The translations under genes were made by a program, and so were the position numbers. From Dehalococcoidales bacterium (lineage in GTDB: Bacteria; Chloroflexota; Dehalococcoidia; Dehalococcoidales; RBG-16-60-22), in NCBI GenBank assembly GCA_034434915.1, contig DAOTYE010000021.1, forward strand, positions 1-60,706: a stretch of DNA of 60,706 bases, written 5' to 3'. Below are positions 28,854-37,710 of this stretch, piece after piece (position 1 is the stretch's first letter; the number at the start of each line of letters is the position of its first letter). The notes under the pieces were generated by a model that ran no database searches, had not been told where the DNA came from, and saw only the letters and a program-made list of their open reading frames with translations.

Positions 28854-29879
28854 CTATTCTTCCACACCTTCCAGAAAACGGGCAAGTTCATCACGCTTGA
28901 ACTTGGGCATGTTTCTGACCCTATCTCTGGAACGGATTTTAACACCCTCCTCTACCGGCACCACCCTGCCGATGACCGCCGCACTGATGCTTTCTTTACT
29001 CAGGGCAGAAAGAAGCCCGAGAGTGTCCTGGGGCGGCAGGGTAATGATAAGAGAACCTGAAGCTAAAAGACCCAGCGGGTTAAGACTGATGGCGTCACAA
29101 ATCTCCCGGCTCTCCGGAACTACCGGAACCATGTCCTCTTCTATCAAAACGCCCACCTGCGCCGCTTCCGCGATTTCATAAAGACCCGTGGCAAGCCCTC
29201 CCTCAGTGGGGTCATGCATGGCGTGGACCTCAGCGCTGGCGCGAGCAATGAGCGCTTCCTTCAGCACGCTGATGCCTGGTTTGAAAAGGAACTCAGCGGC
29301 AGAAGCAATCACTTTCTTGCGGACTCCAGCATCCCGCAACTTTGCCCCGGCTTCACGGGCAAGCAGTGCCGTACCCTCAATGGCAATACCCTTGGTGAGT
29401 ACAATGTCATCGCCCACCTTTGCTCCCGCCGAGGTGATGACCGGCACGTCCGCTTCTTCCGCCAGCATACAGCCCACGACAATGGGGCGCACCAATCCGT
29501 AGCTGATTTCCGCATGTCCACCGACCAGGCTGATGCCCAGAGAACGGCAGGCATCATGTATCTGGTCAAAGATGGCCTCTGCCATCCTATCCGTGCACTT
29601 TTCCGGCAGGAGGACTGTGGCGAGAAACCAGCGCGGTCTCACGCCCATTGTCGCGATGTCATTGGCGTTCACATTGACCGCATACCAGCCGATAAGGTCA
29701 GCGGCCAGAGTTACCGGGTCAGTCTTCGCCACCAGCAGTTTCTTGCCCGAACGCATTACAGCGACATCTCTGCCGATTCCCGGCCCAATGACGATGCTCT
29801 TATCGCTTAGTTCTATTTTCCCGAGCAGTCTGCCCAGCAGGTCAGCGGGCAGTTTGCCCACGGGGAGTCTTTTTGCCAT
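28854..29879 (-). CDS. AIR synthase (PurM/HypE-like) family protein
   Basis: GKLP..LL, GPGIGRD.AV, KTDP, NANDIATMG, GGH.E, MHDPTEGGL, PLGLLASG, DEL. Confidence 0.85.
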   Translation of the reverse strand: MAKRLPVGKLPADLLGRLLGKIELSDKSIVIGPGIGRDVAVMRSGKKLLVAKTDPVTLAADLIGWYAVNVNANDIATMGVRPRWFLATVLLPEKCTDRMAEAIFDQIHDACRSLGISLVGGHAEISYGLVRPIVVGCMLAEEADVPVITSAGAKVGDDIVLTKGIAIEGTALLAREAGAKLRDAGVRKKVIASAAEFLFKPGISVLKEALIARASAEVHAMHDPTEGGLATGLYEIAEAAQVGVLIEEDMVPVVPESREICDAISLNPLGLLASGSLIITLPPQDTLGLLSALSKESISAAVIGRVVPVEEGVKIRSRDRVRNMPKFKRDELARFLEGVEE

Positions 29880-30007
29880 GTCCCCTTCCAGACACGCTGT
29901 CTAATAAGAACTATAGTCTGCCACAAGCCACGCTGTCAAACAGGCATTAACTTGCGCTTTGCTTCCTTTTGGTCTAGACTGGAGTGAAAAAACGGACATA
30001 TTCAGCC

Positions 30008-30514
30008 ATGAAAAACAGGAGCATCGTTCTCACTGGCATGGCGGGGGTGGGGAAATCAACCATCGGCAGGATACTGGCAAAGGAGCTCGGCTACAGATTC
30101 ATTGACCTTGACCACTACATCCGGCATAAGGACGGCAGGACCGTCCAGCAGGTCATTGATGACGCCGGTGATGAAGCCCTGCTCCAGCTGGAAAAGGAGC
30201 GGATGCGGGAGATATGCCTTAAAGATGTCGTGGTGGCGCCCGGCGGCAGTATTATCTACCACCATGACCTGATGACCTACCTTAAAGAGAACAGCACCAT
30301 CGTCTATCTGGAAGACTGCTTTGATAACATTGCAAGAAGGCTGAGCAAAAACCAGCACCGGCGTGGCATCGTCGGGCTGAAAAGCAAATCACTTAAGCAA
30401 ATCTACGAGGAACGGAAGCCGCTCTACCCGCAGTATGCTGACATCACCATCCACTGCGCCGGCAAGAACACCGGGCAGATAGTTTCAGAAATAATCGCCC
30501 ACTTCAGAGCCTGA
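30008..30514 (+). CDS. aroK: Shikimate kinase
   Basis: GMAGVGKST, DLD, GGS, R.PLY..YAD. ORF track start is 29984. Confidence 0.88.
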   Translation: MKNRSIVLTGMAGVGKSTIGRILAKELGYRFIDLDHYIRHKDGRTVQQVIDDAGDEALLQLEKERMREICLKDVVVAPGGSIIYHHDLMTYLKENSTIVYLEDCFDNIARRLSKNQHRRGIVGLKSKSLKQIYEERKPLYPQYADITIHCAGKNTGQIVSEIIAHFRA

Positions 30515-30523
30515 GCTGTTCTG

Positions 30524-33190
30524 TTACCGCGCCACACTGGCGATAAGCTCTTCAACTAATGGCTCAGCTTCTTCTTCCGGCAGGCAATAGCGCATCTTGG
30601 TGAAGCCCTGCCTGAGCTCAACCGCCTCCTCGGCGACATTCTTTCCTTCAAGGACTACTCTGGCGATGAGCTCCGCCACTCTGGTGAAGTCCTTCTCTTT
30701 CATCCCGAAGCGCGTCATCTCCTGCACGCCCATCCTGATGCCACTGCTTGAGGTGAATGCTTCGTCATCGGGCAATCCCTGATAATTGACAATGATGTTG
30801 TTTTTCTCCAGGCGGTCTGCGGCGTCAATCGCCTTGGCATAGCCCACCCTCAGGAGCACCTGGTGGGTCTCCGTATAGCCAATGCTGGGGTCTCCTTCCA
30901 CCTGGAGTCCCTGTTCCTTCAGGGCGAGGGCAAAGGCTTTCGCATTGGCGATGACCTGCTCCTGGTAATCCCTACCGTAGGTATTCATCTCATAAGTCGC
31001 CATGAGCAGTCCCAACAGCGTGCCGAGATGGTGATTGCTCACACTGCCCGGGAAAGCACGGCGTGTGATGCTCTGCCAGAGGTCATAGTAGTCAGTCCCC
31101 TCGCTCATGTTGCTCGCCACGATACCTCTCTGCGTGCCAAAGAAGGTCTTGTGGGTGGAGGCGGTAACAATATCAGCACCTTCTTTCAGCGGCTCCTGGA
31201 AATAAGGACCGAAAAGCCCCAGAACATGGGCGGCGTCATACATCAAAATTGGCTTCGGCTTCATGCCTGAAATCATGCGGGCGGTCTCCTTCACCGGCTC
31301 ACGGTGTATTATCATGCTCTTGCCCAGCACGATAAGCTCCGGCTTGTAATGCTCAATAAGCTTAGCCGTCTCAGCTAAATCCGTCTGATATGGATTGTCC
31401 GCTCGCACCGGAAAGTTCACTACCGCCCAGCGCTCGGTGACGGGGTCTACCGCTACAAAGTCCCGCAGACCGCCCATCGGCTGGGCGCTCAGGTGCCCCC
31501 CTTTGCCGATATGGTGGTTCATGACACAGCACAGCCGCCGCGGCTCAATCTTGCGGTTAACCCGGTTGATATAATCCATGATGCCGCTGAAGGTGGTAAC
31601 GTTCGCCATCTGCCCGCTGATTAGCCGCACCTCCACCTCAGAACAGCCGAGGAATTTCTTCAGTTCTTCCTTCAATGCCGCTTCCACCTCAGCAATGAAG
31701 CCGGTCCCCTGGTAATAGTAAGCCTCCACATCGCCCAGGGCTTTAAAGCGGCGGTGCTCAGCATACCTTCCTGACGGGTCAGCAATGGTAAGCAGTCTGA
31801 CGATGGGAGAAGCGGTATTCTCTGAGGGAATGAGGTTTATGGTGCGCTCCTGCCGCCAGAGGGTATTCTGGCAGGCTTTCTTCACCAGGTCACGCGCCTT
31901 TACGGCAAACTCCTGCTCTTCCCTGGAGAATTCAATGGAGACAGCTTCCCCGGCAAGAAGCGGGTGGGCATAGGGCGCGGCTTCACTGGCGAGGTGCCGC
32001 TCTACAATAATGCCTTCTGCCGTTTTGTCCCGGACGATTATTTTTGTCTTCTGCCCCGCTTTCAGGTCGGCGTCAAGATACGCCAGACAGATTGCCCGCT
32101 TACCTGACTCAGCGCCGGGTCTGGACTTTATGCCAGCGCCTTCCGTCTTCCAATAAGGGACGACCGTGCCGCTGGTCACCGCACCCACCTTCTTGCCGTT
32201 GAGGTAGACTTCATTGCCGGCACGGGCGATGGTGCCGCCGGACACTGCCAGAGGCATTACCATACGCGGAACGAGGAGCTTATCCTTCGGCTTGTCCAGA
32301 CAGCCCTGCTGGCGCGCTATCAGCTCTCTCAGCTGTTCCAGTAACGCCTCCCTGCCGATGAAGTCCCCCTTCACCCGGCTGAAGCTCAGCGCAAACCGCG
32401 CCACCGGCAGAGCAAGAATAGGGATTACCCTGCCATCCGCGTCTGTGCCCAGCTCATGACCGTAGAGCGGCAGACCAGCCTCAAGCCTAAGTGTATCCCG
32501 CGCTCCCAGCCCCACCGGCATAATGCCCTCTTTACTGCCGGTAGCCAGCAGGGCGCGCCACAGTTGCACCGCTATCTCAGCCGGTGGAAAAAGCTCAAAC
32601 CCTACCGGCTCACCGGTGTAGCCCGTCCGCGCCACCGGGACATTGACGCCAGAAAATACTACTGTTGTCAGATGATTGCGCCCTGGGTCAGGGAGCTTTG
32701 CTCTGCCGATGACCGCCTGAAGCACCTCTTTGGTGTGTGGTCCCTGTAAGGCGAGCATGGCTATTTTCTGGGTTACATCTTCAAGGGAGACGTCCGCCAG
32801 GCGCGGACAGAAGTTCTGCAGCCACTGCCAGTCTTTCTCCGTGTTTGCGGCATTAACCACGAGGAGATATTCCGCTTCAGTCATCCGATACAGGTAGGCA
32901 TCATCAATGGCACCGCCACGGTTATCCGGAATGATAGTGTACTGGGATTGCCCCGGCTCCAGCGCCGCCACATTGCTGGTGAGGACATACTGCAGGAAGG
33001 GCAGTGCGCCTTTCCCGGTCACCAAGAAGCGTCCCATGTGGGAAATGTCAAAAAGCCCGCCGTATTTCCGCGTCGCCAGATGCTCGGCGATAATGCCGGC
33101 GGGATAGTTCAGCGGCATTTCCCAGCCTGCAAACTCAACCATCTTGGCTCCCAGCTTTACATGCTCTTCGTACAGCGGTGTGCGTCTCAT
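30524..33190 (-). CDS. gcvT-glyA: Fusion of glycine-cleavage aminomethyltransferase (GcvT) and serine hydroxymethyltransferase
   Basis: N-half: RTPLY..H...GA.M..FAGWEMP, FDISHMG, RTGYTGE..GFE, GLGARD.LRLEAG..LYGHEL. C-half: LIPSEN, GRYAE, GGHLS, YDAAHV.GL, STHKTF (PLP Lys), SGIRMG..E.TR.GM. Confidence 0.92.
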   Translation of the reverse strand: MRRTPLYEEHVKLGAKMVEFAGWEMPLNYPAGIIAEHLATRKYGGLFDISHMGRFLVTGKGALPFLQYVLTSNVAALEPGQSQYTIIPDNRGGAIDDAYLYRMTEAEYLLVVNAANTEKDWQWLQNFCPRLADVSLEDVTQKIAMLALQGPHTKEVLQAVIGRAKLPDPGRNHLTTVVFSGVNVPVARTGYTGEPVGFELFPPAEIAVQLWRALLATGSKEGIMPVGLGARDTLRLEAGLPLYGHELGTDADGRVIPILALPVARFALSFSRVKGDFIGREALLEQLRELIARQQGCLDKPKDKLLVPRMVMPLAVSGGTIARAGNEVYLNGKKVGAVTSGTVVPYWKTEGAGIKSRPGAESGKRAICLAYLDADLKAGQKTKIIVRDKTAEGIIVERHLASEAAPYAHPLLAGEAVSIEFSREEQEFAVKARDLVKKACQNTLWRQERTINLIPSENTASPIVRLLTIADPSGRYAEHRRFKALGDVEAYYYQGTGFIAEVEAALKEELKKFLGCSEVEVRLISGQMANVTTFSGIMDYINRVNRKIEPRRLCCVMNHHIGKGGHLSAQPMGGLRDFVAVDPVTERWAVVNFPVRADNPYQTDLAETAKLIEHYKPELIVLGKSMIIHREPVKETARMISGMKPKPILMYDAAHVLGLFGPYFQEPLKEGADIVTASTHKTFFGTQRGIVASNMSEGTDYYDLWQSITRRAFPGSVSNHHLGTLLGLLMATYEMNTYGRDYQEQVIANAKAFALALKEQGLQVEGDPSIGYTETHQVLLRVGYAKAIDAADRLEKNNIIVNYQGLPDDEAFTSSSGIRMGVQEMTRFGMKEKDFTRVAELIARVVLEGKNVAEEAVELRQGFTKMRYCLPEEEAEPLVEELIASVAR

Positions 33191-33228
33191 CGTTGCTCTC
33201 CCTCTCTATGATATTCAAATAAAGAGAT

Positions 33229-33972
33229 TCACGTCTCCTGCCATTCTATTACCTTCGTGGTCCAGATGCGCTTCACCGCCTTTTCCAGCACCGGCTGACA
33301 CGGCTCGGCAATGTCCAGTAAAGGTGATAGGGCGCGGTTACTGAACTGCTCCAGAAAAGGACAGCGTTTCTCCAGCAATAATAAAGCAGTCCGCGAACCA
33401 CCGTAAACAATGTAATCAATGCCTTTAGCGTAAGCTTCCACGTGCTCTCGGATATGAGCGCAGACCCTGGTCAGGAAAGTCTCAATCTGCTTTTCACGGT
33501 GACGGCGGAAGCGAGATGATGAAGAACCGCCCTGCCTGTGCCGCTGATGCACCAGCCCCGTGCCAACCTTGCTCGTTAGCAGAGTTTCGCCACGACACAC
33601 GCCGACGGCATACGCTCCCAGCCGCAACAGGACCAGTGCAATGGTGTAGTCTTTTTCCAGAAGCACCCGCAAAGGCTCAGCCAGGCATCCCTGACCACGG
33701 TAGCTACCTGCGAGTGGAAACGGCGGTAGCATGAGCAGCACCCTCGCGCTCCTCCAGAAAAGCGCCGCACCTGTTTTTGAGGTGGTGATGAGGTCCGGTA
33801 AGCCGGCAATCGCTGGCAGGCTGATTTCTTTCTTCAACAATTCCTCAATCTCTGCCTGAGAACGCCCGCCGGGGATATAACAGGAGCCGATGATGTCTCT
33901 TCCCCGCTCCATTTCCTCAAGGAAGCGGAAAATACTTTCCCGGCTCAAGTAAAACTCATGTGCGGTAAACAC
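33229..33972 (-). CDS. acVLRF1 (Vms1/ANKZF1-like release factor) family protein
   Basis: LVLLRLG.YAVG, SKVG...VH.RH..GGSS..RF.R.RE.Q, GG...AL. Confidence 0.8.
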   Translation of the reverse strand: MFTAHEFYLSRESIFRFLEEMERGRDIIGSCYIPGGRSQAEIEELLKKEISLPAIAGLPDLITTSKTGAALFWRSARVLLMLPPFPLAGSYRGQGCLAEPLRVLLEKDYTIALVLLRLGAYAVGVCRGETLLTSKVGTGLVHQRHRQGGSSSSRFRRHREKQIETFLTRVCAHIREHVEAYAKGIDYIVYGGSRTALLLLEKRCPFLEQFSNRALSPLLDIAEPCQPVLEKAVKRIWTTKVIEWQET

Positions 33973-33985
33973 AGGTGGCTTGCTC

Positions 33986-36358
33986 CTACAGCTTGGCGAT
34001 GGTTACCCCATCACCACCCTCACCCTGCCCCCCGGAGCGGAAGGAACTGACCAGCGGGTGCCCGGCAAGGGCTTCACGGACAATGCGGCGCACCGTGCCG
34101 GTGGCGGTGCCGTGAATGATGCGCACTTCTTTTAGCCCGGCAACTGAGGCGCTATTAAGGTAGCTCTCCAGCAACCATGCCGCCTCATCAGCGCGCTTAC
34201 CCCGCAGGTCAAGCTCACGGGATACTGCCTTTCTTTCTGCAGTTTTCACCGCGGGGGTGAAGGTCTTTACGCCGCTTTCTTCCGGCGGCTTCGCTTTCTC
34301 CACGCTGTCAATCCCCAGCTTAAGTTTCAGCCTGCCTGACTGTACCTCAACTTCCTGCGTTTCCTCGGAAAATGACAGGACAGTCGCCCACAGGTGTGCA
34401 TCCTTCAGCCAGACGGAGTCGCCCACCCTGATGCCGCCGTCTTCCGGTTTCTCCTCGGTCTTAACCTGCCACCTCTCTCCTTTCAGCTTCTCCTGAACTG
34501 CGGTAATAGAGGCTTTGGCTTTTTCCAGGGCTTCCTTCGTTTTCCGCCGCTTCAGCTCTGCTGACGCCTGGCGCAACTCGCGGTGAAGCTCTGCCACCTC
34601 GCGGACAATCTTATCCCGGTTTTCCTGGAGCAGTTTCTGCTCTTCATCTTTTAGCTCCTGAAGCCTCTTCTCCAGCTCTGCGTTGCGTTGCTTCCAGTCC
34701 AGTCTTTCACGCTCAATCTCTGCCTGTAGTGCCCGTAGCTTCTGTCTTTCAGCCGACAGGTTAATCAATAGCGCCTCAAGCTCCTGAGACCCTCTGCTGA
34801 GCATTTCACGCGCTCTGGCAACTATTTCCTCCGGCACCCCCAGCCGTGTCGCCGTTGCCAGGGCGTTACTGCCGCCGGGGACGCCCACCACCAGATGATA
34901 GGTGGGCATCAGTGTTTCCGGGTCAAAGTCAAGCGATGCATTCTGCAATCCCGGCGTGGTATGTGCGAACGCTTTGAGGTCGCTGAAGTGCGTCGTCGCC
35001 ACCGTCATCGTGCCCCGCGTGAGGAAGTGAAGCAGAATGGAGCGGGCGAGGGCAGAACCTTCTGAAGGGTCAGTGCTCGTCCCCAGTTCATCTAAGAGTA
35101 CCAGGCTTTTTGCTGTGGCTTTCTCGGTGATGCGTTTGATATTGCCCATATGCCAGCTGAAGGTGGACAGGGTCTGCGCAATGCTCTGCTCATCACCAAT
35201 ATCAGCGAAGATTTCATCAAAGAAGGGAATCTGGCTCTGCGGAGCGGCGGGAATGGGTATGCCAGCGAGCGTCATGACGCTCAGCAAGCCGATGGTCTTG
35301 AGAGCCACCGTCTTGCCACCGGTATTCGGTCCGGTGATGACCAGAATAGAGTAATCCTTACCGATTTCTACCGTAAGCGGCACCGCTTTTCCGGTGAGCA
35401 GAGGGTGCCTCGCCTCAACCAGCTTCAGTACATGGTTCTGTTTTCCCGCTTTATCTCCGTCAAAACCGGTCAGGACAGGTTCAGAAGCCTGCATTTTCTG
35501 GGCGTAGCGCGCTTTTGCCAGTGCCAGGTCAAGCTCCGCCACGCGGGCGATGCTTCTGGCAATCTCCGTCACGTGGGCGCCCACCTGTGTGCTGAGGTCG
35601 CGCAGAATCCGCTCAATCTCACGCTGTTCCTCCACCACCAGCTCTTTGAGCCGGTTGCCCATATCCAGCGTAACCAGTGGTTCAATGAAGACGCTCGCGC
35701 CGGTATTGGAGATATCATGGACGATGCCTTTCACTTCATTTTGCATCTCAATTTTGACCGGGATGACATAGCGCCCGTCCCGCTCGGTGATGATTGGCTC
35801 CTGGACAATACGCCGGCCCCTCGGCGACCGCATCATGGTCCCCAGCCGGGCGAGCAACTGCTCGCGTGTTTCCCGCAACTGCTGTCTCACCCTTGCCAGC
35901 CCCGGTGAAGCACGGTCCAGCACCTCGGCACTGGGAGCAATGCAGGAGGCTATGTTCTTTTCCAGCGTGTTCATTTCAGCGATGCCCTCCGCAATCCGCC
36001 ACAACAGGGGAAATTCGGTTGACAACCGCCTCAGGCGCATGCGGAGATGGCTCATGGCGGCGAGCGTCTGCTGAATCTCAAGCAGTGTGCGCGGCTCAAG
36101 AACCTTCCCGATTGTTGCCAGCCGGGCAGGCTCGCGGATGTCCATCACCCCGCCAATGGAAAAGCCGGGCTCAACGGCGAGGAGTTGCCGCGCCTCTGCG
36201 GACTGCTTCAAAAGCAGGGACACCGTCTCATAATCATCAAGGGGTAAAAGAGAAAGCGCCAGTTCCCGGCTCGCGGAAAACGCGGTGTGGCGGGCAAGTA
36301 TCTCCTTTACCTGCGGGAATTCAAGCAGTTCCAGGCTTTTGGCGTCCATAACATTCAC
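33986..36358 (-). CDS. mutS2: MutS2 with C-terminal KOW and Smr domains
   Basis: LEF..VKE.L, G.VHD.S.TG.S.FIEP, ITGPNTGGKTV.LK, ADIGDEQSI.Q.LSTFS.HM, DELG..TDP.EG, TTH, LDLRG. Confidence 0.96.
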   Translation of the reverse strand: MNVMDAKSLELLEFPQVKEILARHTAFSASRELALSLLPLDDYETVSLLLKQSAEARQLLAVEPGFSIGGVMDIREPARLATIGKVLEPRTLLEIQQTLAAMSHLRMRLRRLSTEFPLLWRIAEGIAEMNTLEKNIASCIAPSAEVLDRASPGLARVRQQLRETREQLLARLGTMMRSPRGRRIVQEPIITERDGRYVIPVKIEMQNEVKGIVHDISNTGASVFIEPLVTLDMGNRLKELVVEEQREIERILRDLSTQVGAHVTEIARSIARVAELDLALAKARYAQKMQASEPVLTGFDGDKAGKQNHVLKLVEARHPLLTGKAVPLTVEIGKDYSILVITGPNTGGKTVALKTIGLLSVMTLAGIPIPAAPQSQIPFFDEIFADIGDEQSIAQTLSTFSWHMGNIKRITEKATAKSLVLLDELGTSTDPSEGSALARSILLHFLTRGTMTVATTHFSDLKAFAHTTPGLQNASLDFDPETLMPTYHLVVGVPGGSNALATATRLGVPEEIVARAREMLSRGSQELEALLINLSAERQKLRALQAEIERERLDWKQRNAELEKRLQELKDEEQKLLQENRDKIVREVAELHRELRQASAELKRRKTKEALEKAKASITAVQEKLKGERWQVKTEEKPEDGGIRVGDSVWLKDAHLWATVLSFSEETQEVEVQSGRLKLKLGIDSVEKAKPPEESGVKTFTPAVKTAERKAVSRELDLRGKRADEAAWLLESYLNSASVAGLKEVRIIHGTATGTVRRIVREALAGHPLVSSFRSGGQGEGGDGVTIAKL

Positions 36359-36447
36359 ATTATAGTCAAATCAGCCCCATTAAGCCAATCATGTGCTACC
36401 CATCATGTGCTACAATAGAAAAGAGGGGCAATTTCACAGAGGAGGGA

Positions 36448-36972
36448 ATGATGAAAGGACTCAAAAGCCTGGTGACACTGGAAGGGAAACCAATCACTCT
36501 CATGGGCACCCCAGTCAAGGTAGGACAGAAGGCGCCTGACTTCAAATTGATTACGCCTGAAATGAAAGAGGTGGATTTATCACAGAGCCGGGGTAAGGTC
36601 AGAGTATTAAGCGTAGTCCCATCTCTTGATACTCCTGTTTGTGACCTGCAAGCCCAAAGACTGGAAGAGGAAGCCAGCCGGTTTAAGGATGTAGTTATTT
36701 ACACCATCAGCATGGACCTGCCCTTTGCCCAGGCGCGCTACCGCGCCGCCCGCAACATCAAGAAAATGCAGACCCTCTCCGACCACCGAGACGGTTCCTT
36801 CGGCAAAGCTTATGGCGTACTCATCAAAGAGTTGAGACTGCTCAGCCGCTCCATTTTCATCATTGACCGGGATGACACCGTGCGGTATGTGGAATATGTG
36901 AAAGAAATCACCCAGCATCCGGACTATGACAAGGCGATTGCGGCTCTGAAGACTGTCATTCAGCATAAGTAG
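36448..36972 (+). CDS. tpx: Thiol peroxidase (Tpx-type peroxiredoxin)
   Basis: VPSLDTPVC, ISMDLPFAQ.R, YGVLI.ELRLL.R, HPDYD. ORF track start is 36391. Confidence 0.92.
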   Translation: MMKGLKSLVTLEGKPITLMGTPVKVGQKAPDFKLITPEMKEVDLSQSRGKVRVLSVVPSLDTPVCDLQAQRLEEEASRFKDVVIYTISMDLPFAQARYRAARNIKKMQTLSDHRDGSFGKAYGVLIKELRLLSRSIFIIDRDDTVRYVEYVKEITQHPDYDKAIAALKTVIQHK

Positions 36973-37078
36973 AACTCAGCAGTCCCTTCAGAGGTCAGTT
37001 TTTTCATATTGACTAACCTTTGCGCCGGTTGTATCCTTAAAAGGAATCCGGGCAAAAGGCTATAGTGAGGTTTCTGCG

Positions 37079-37576
37079 ATGCTCAGAAAGTTATTTTTAG
37101 CTATTACCCTGGCAATCGTTCTGCTGGTCGCCGGGTGCTCCAGCCTGCCTGATATGGGCTCCACCACCGCCTCTGACAGGTATCAAATCCTGAAAAAAGC
37201 AGAGCTTGGCAATAACTGGCAGATGTACCAGATGAAGATAGACCTTGCCGCCGAACAGGAACTTGATATCCTCCTCAGGCTGGCAAATGGTGATAAGGTT
37301 GACGGCTATTTCTTCCTTGAGGAGGGTGACACGGTAGCCTTTGAAATCGCCGGGAACTCCGTCTTCTATAAATCGGCAAATACTGACCAGAAGGGGAATA
37401 TTAAGTCTGACCGATTCTCCTTTACCGCGAGCCAGGCTCAGGGCACCACGTACACGCTTACTTTTAAGAACGAGGAGGACAAAGACTCCAAGTCAGCCAG
37501 CGTAAGCGTGTTCTGTGAGGTCATTTTACCTGCAAGTGCGTCAATTTATATCCCCATAGAGCCAAAGAGCAAATAA
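37079..37576 (+). CDS. Hypothetical lipoprotein, predicted beta-rich
   Basis: Lipobox LVAGC after a hydrophobic signal; no recognisable catalytic motif. Confidence 0.7.
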   Translation: MLRKLFLAITLAIVLLVAGCSSLPDMGSTTASDRYQILKKAELGNNWQMYQMKIDLAAEQELDILLRLANGDKVDGYFFLEEGDTVAFEIAGNSVFYKSANTDQKGNIKSDRFSFTASQAQGTTYTLTFKNEEDKDSKSASVSVFCEVILPASASIYIPIEPKSK

Positions 37577-37588
37577 CCGGATAAGCAT

Positions 37589-37698
37589 CCGCGTAACACC
37601 TGCGTAACGCCTGCGCATCTCCTCAATTACGCACCTTATCTTTTGCGCATTTGCTCTGTTCCGCAAAAAAGTATTGACGTAGTTACGCAGTTGCGCTA
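37589..37698. repeat. Octamer array 1 (8-bp register) upstream of parA
   Basis: From 37611 in register: CTGCGCAT CTCCTCAA TTACGCAC CTTATCTT TTGCGCAT TTGCTCTG TTCCGCAA AAAAGTAT TGACGTAG TTACGCAG TTGCGCTA; plus inverted copies at 37589 and 37600. Confidence 0.9.
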
Positions 37699-37702
37699 TA
37701 AT
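37674..37702 (+). promoter_or_regulatory. Sigma70 promoter of parA
   Basis: TTGACG (37674-79), 17-bp spacer, TATAAT (37697-702). Confidence 0.9.
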
Positions 37703-37710
37703 ACCAGGAG

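Noticed and set aside
33191-33228. Glycine, FMN or cobalamin riboswitches before gcvT-glyA, ribD or nrdJ
   Set aside because: The upstream gaps (38, 24 and 9 bp) are too short
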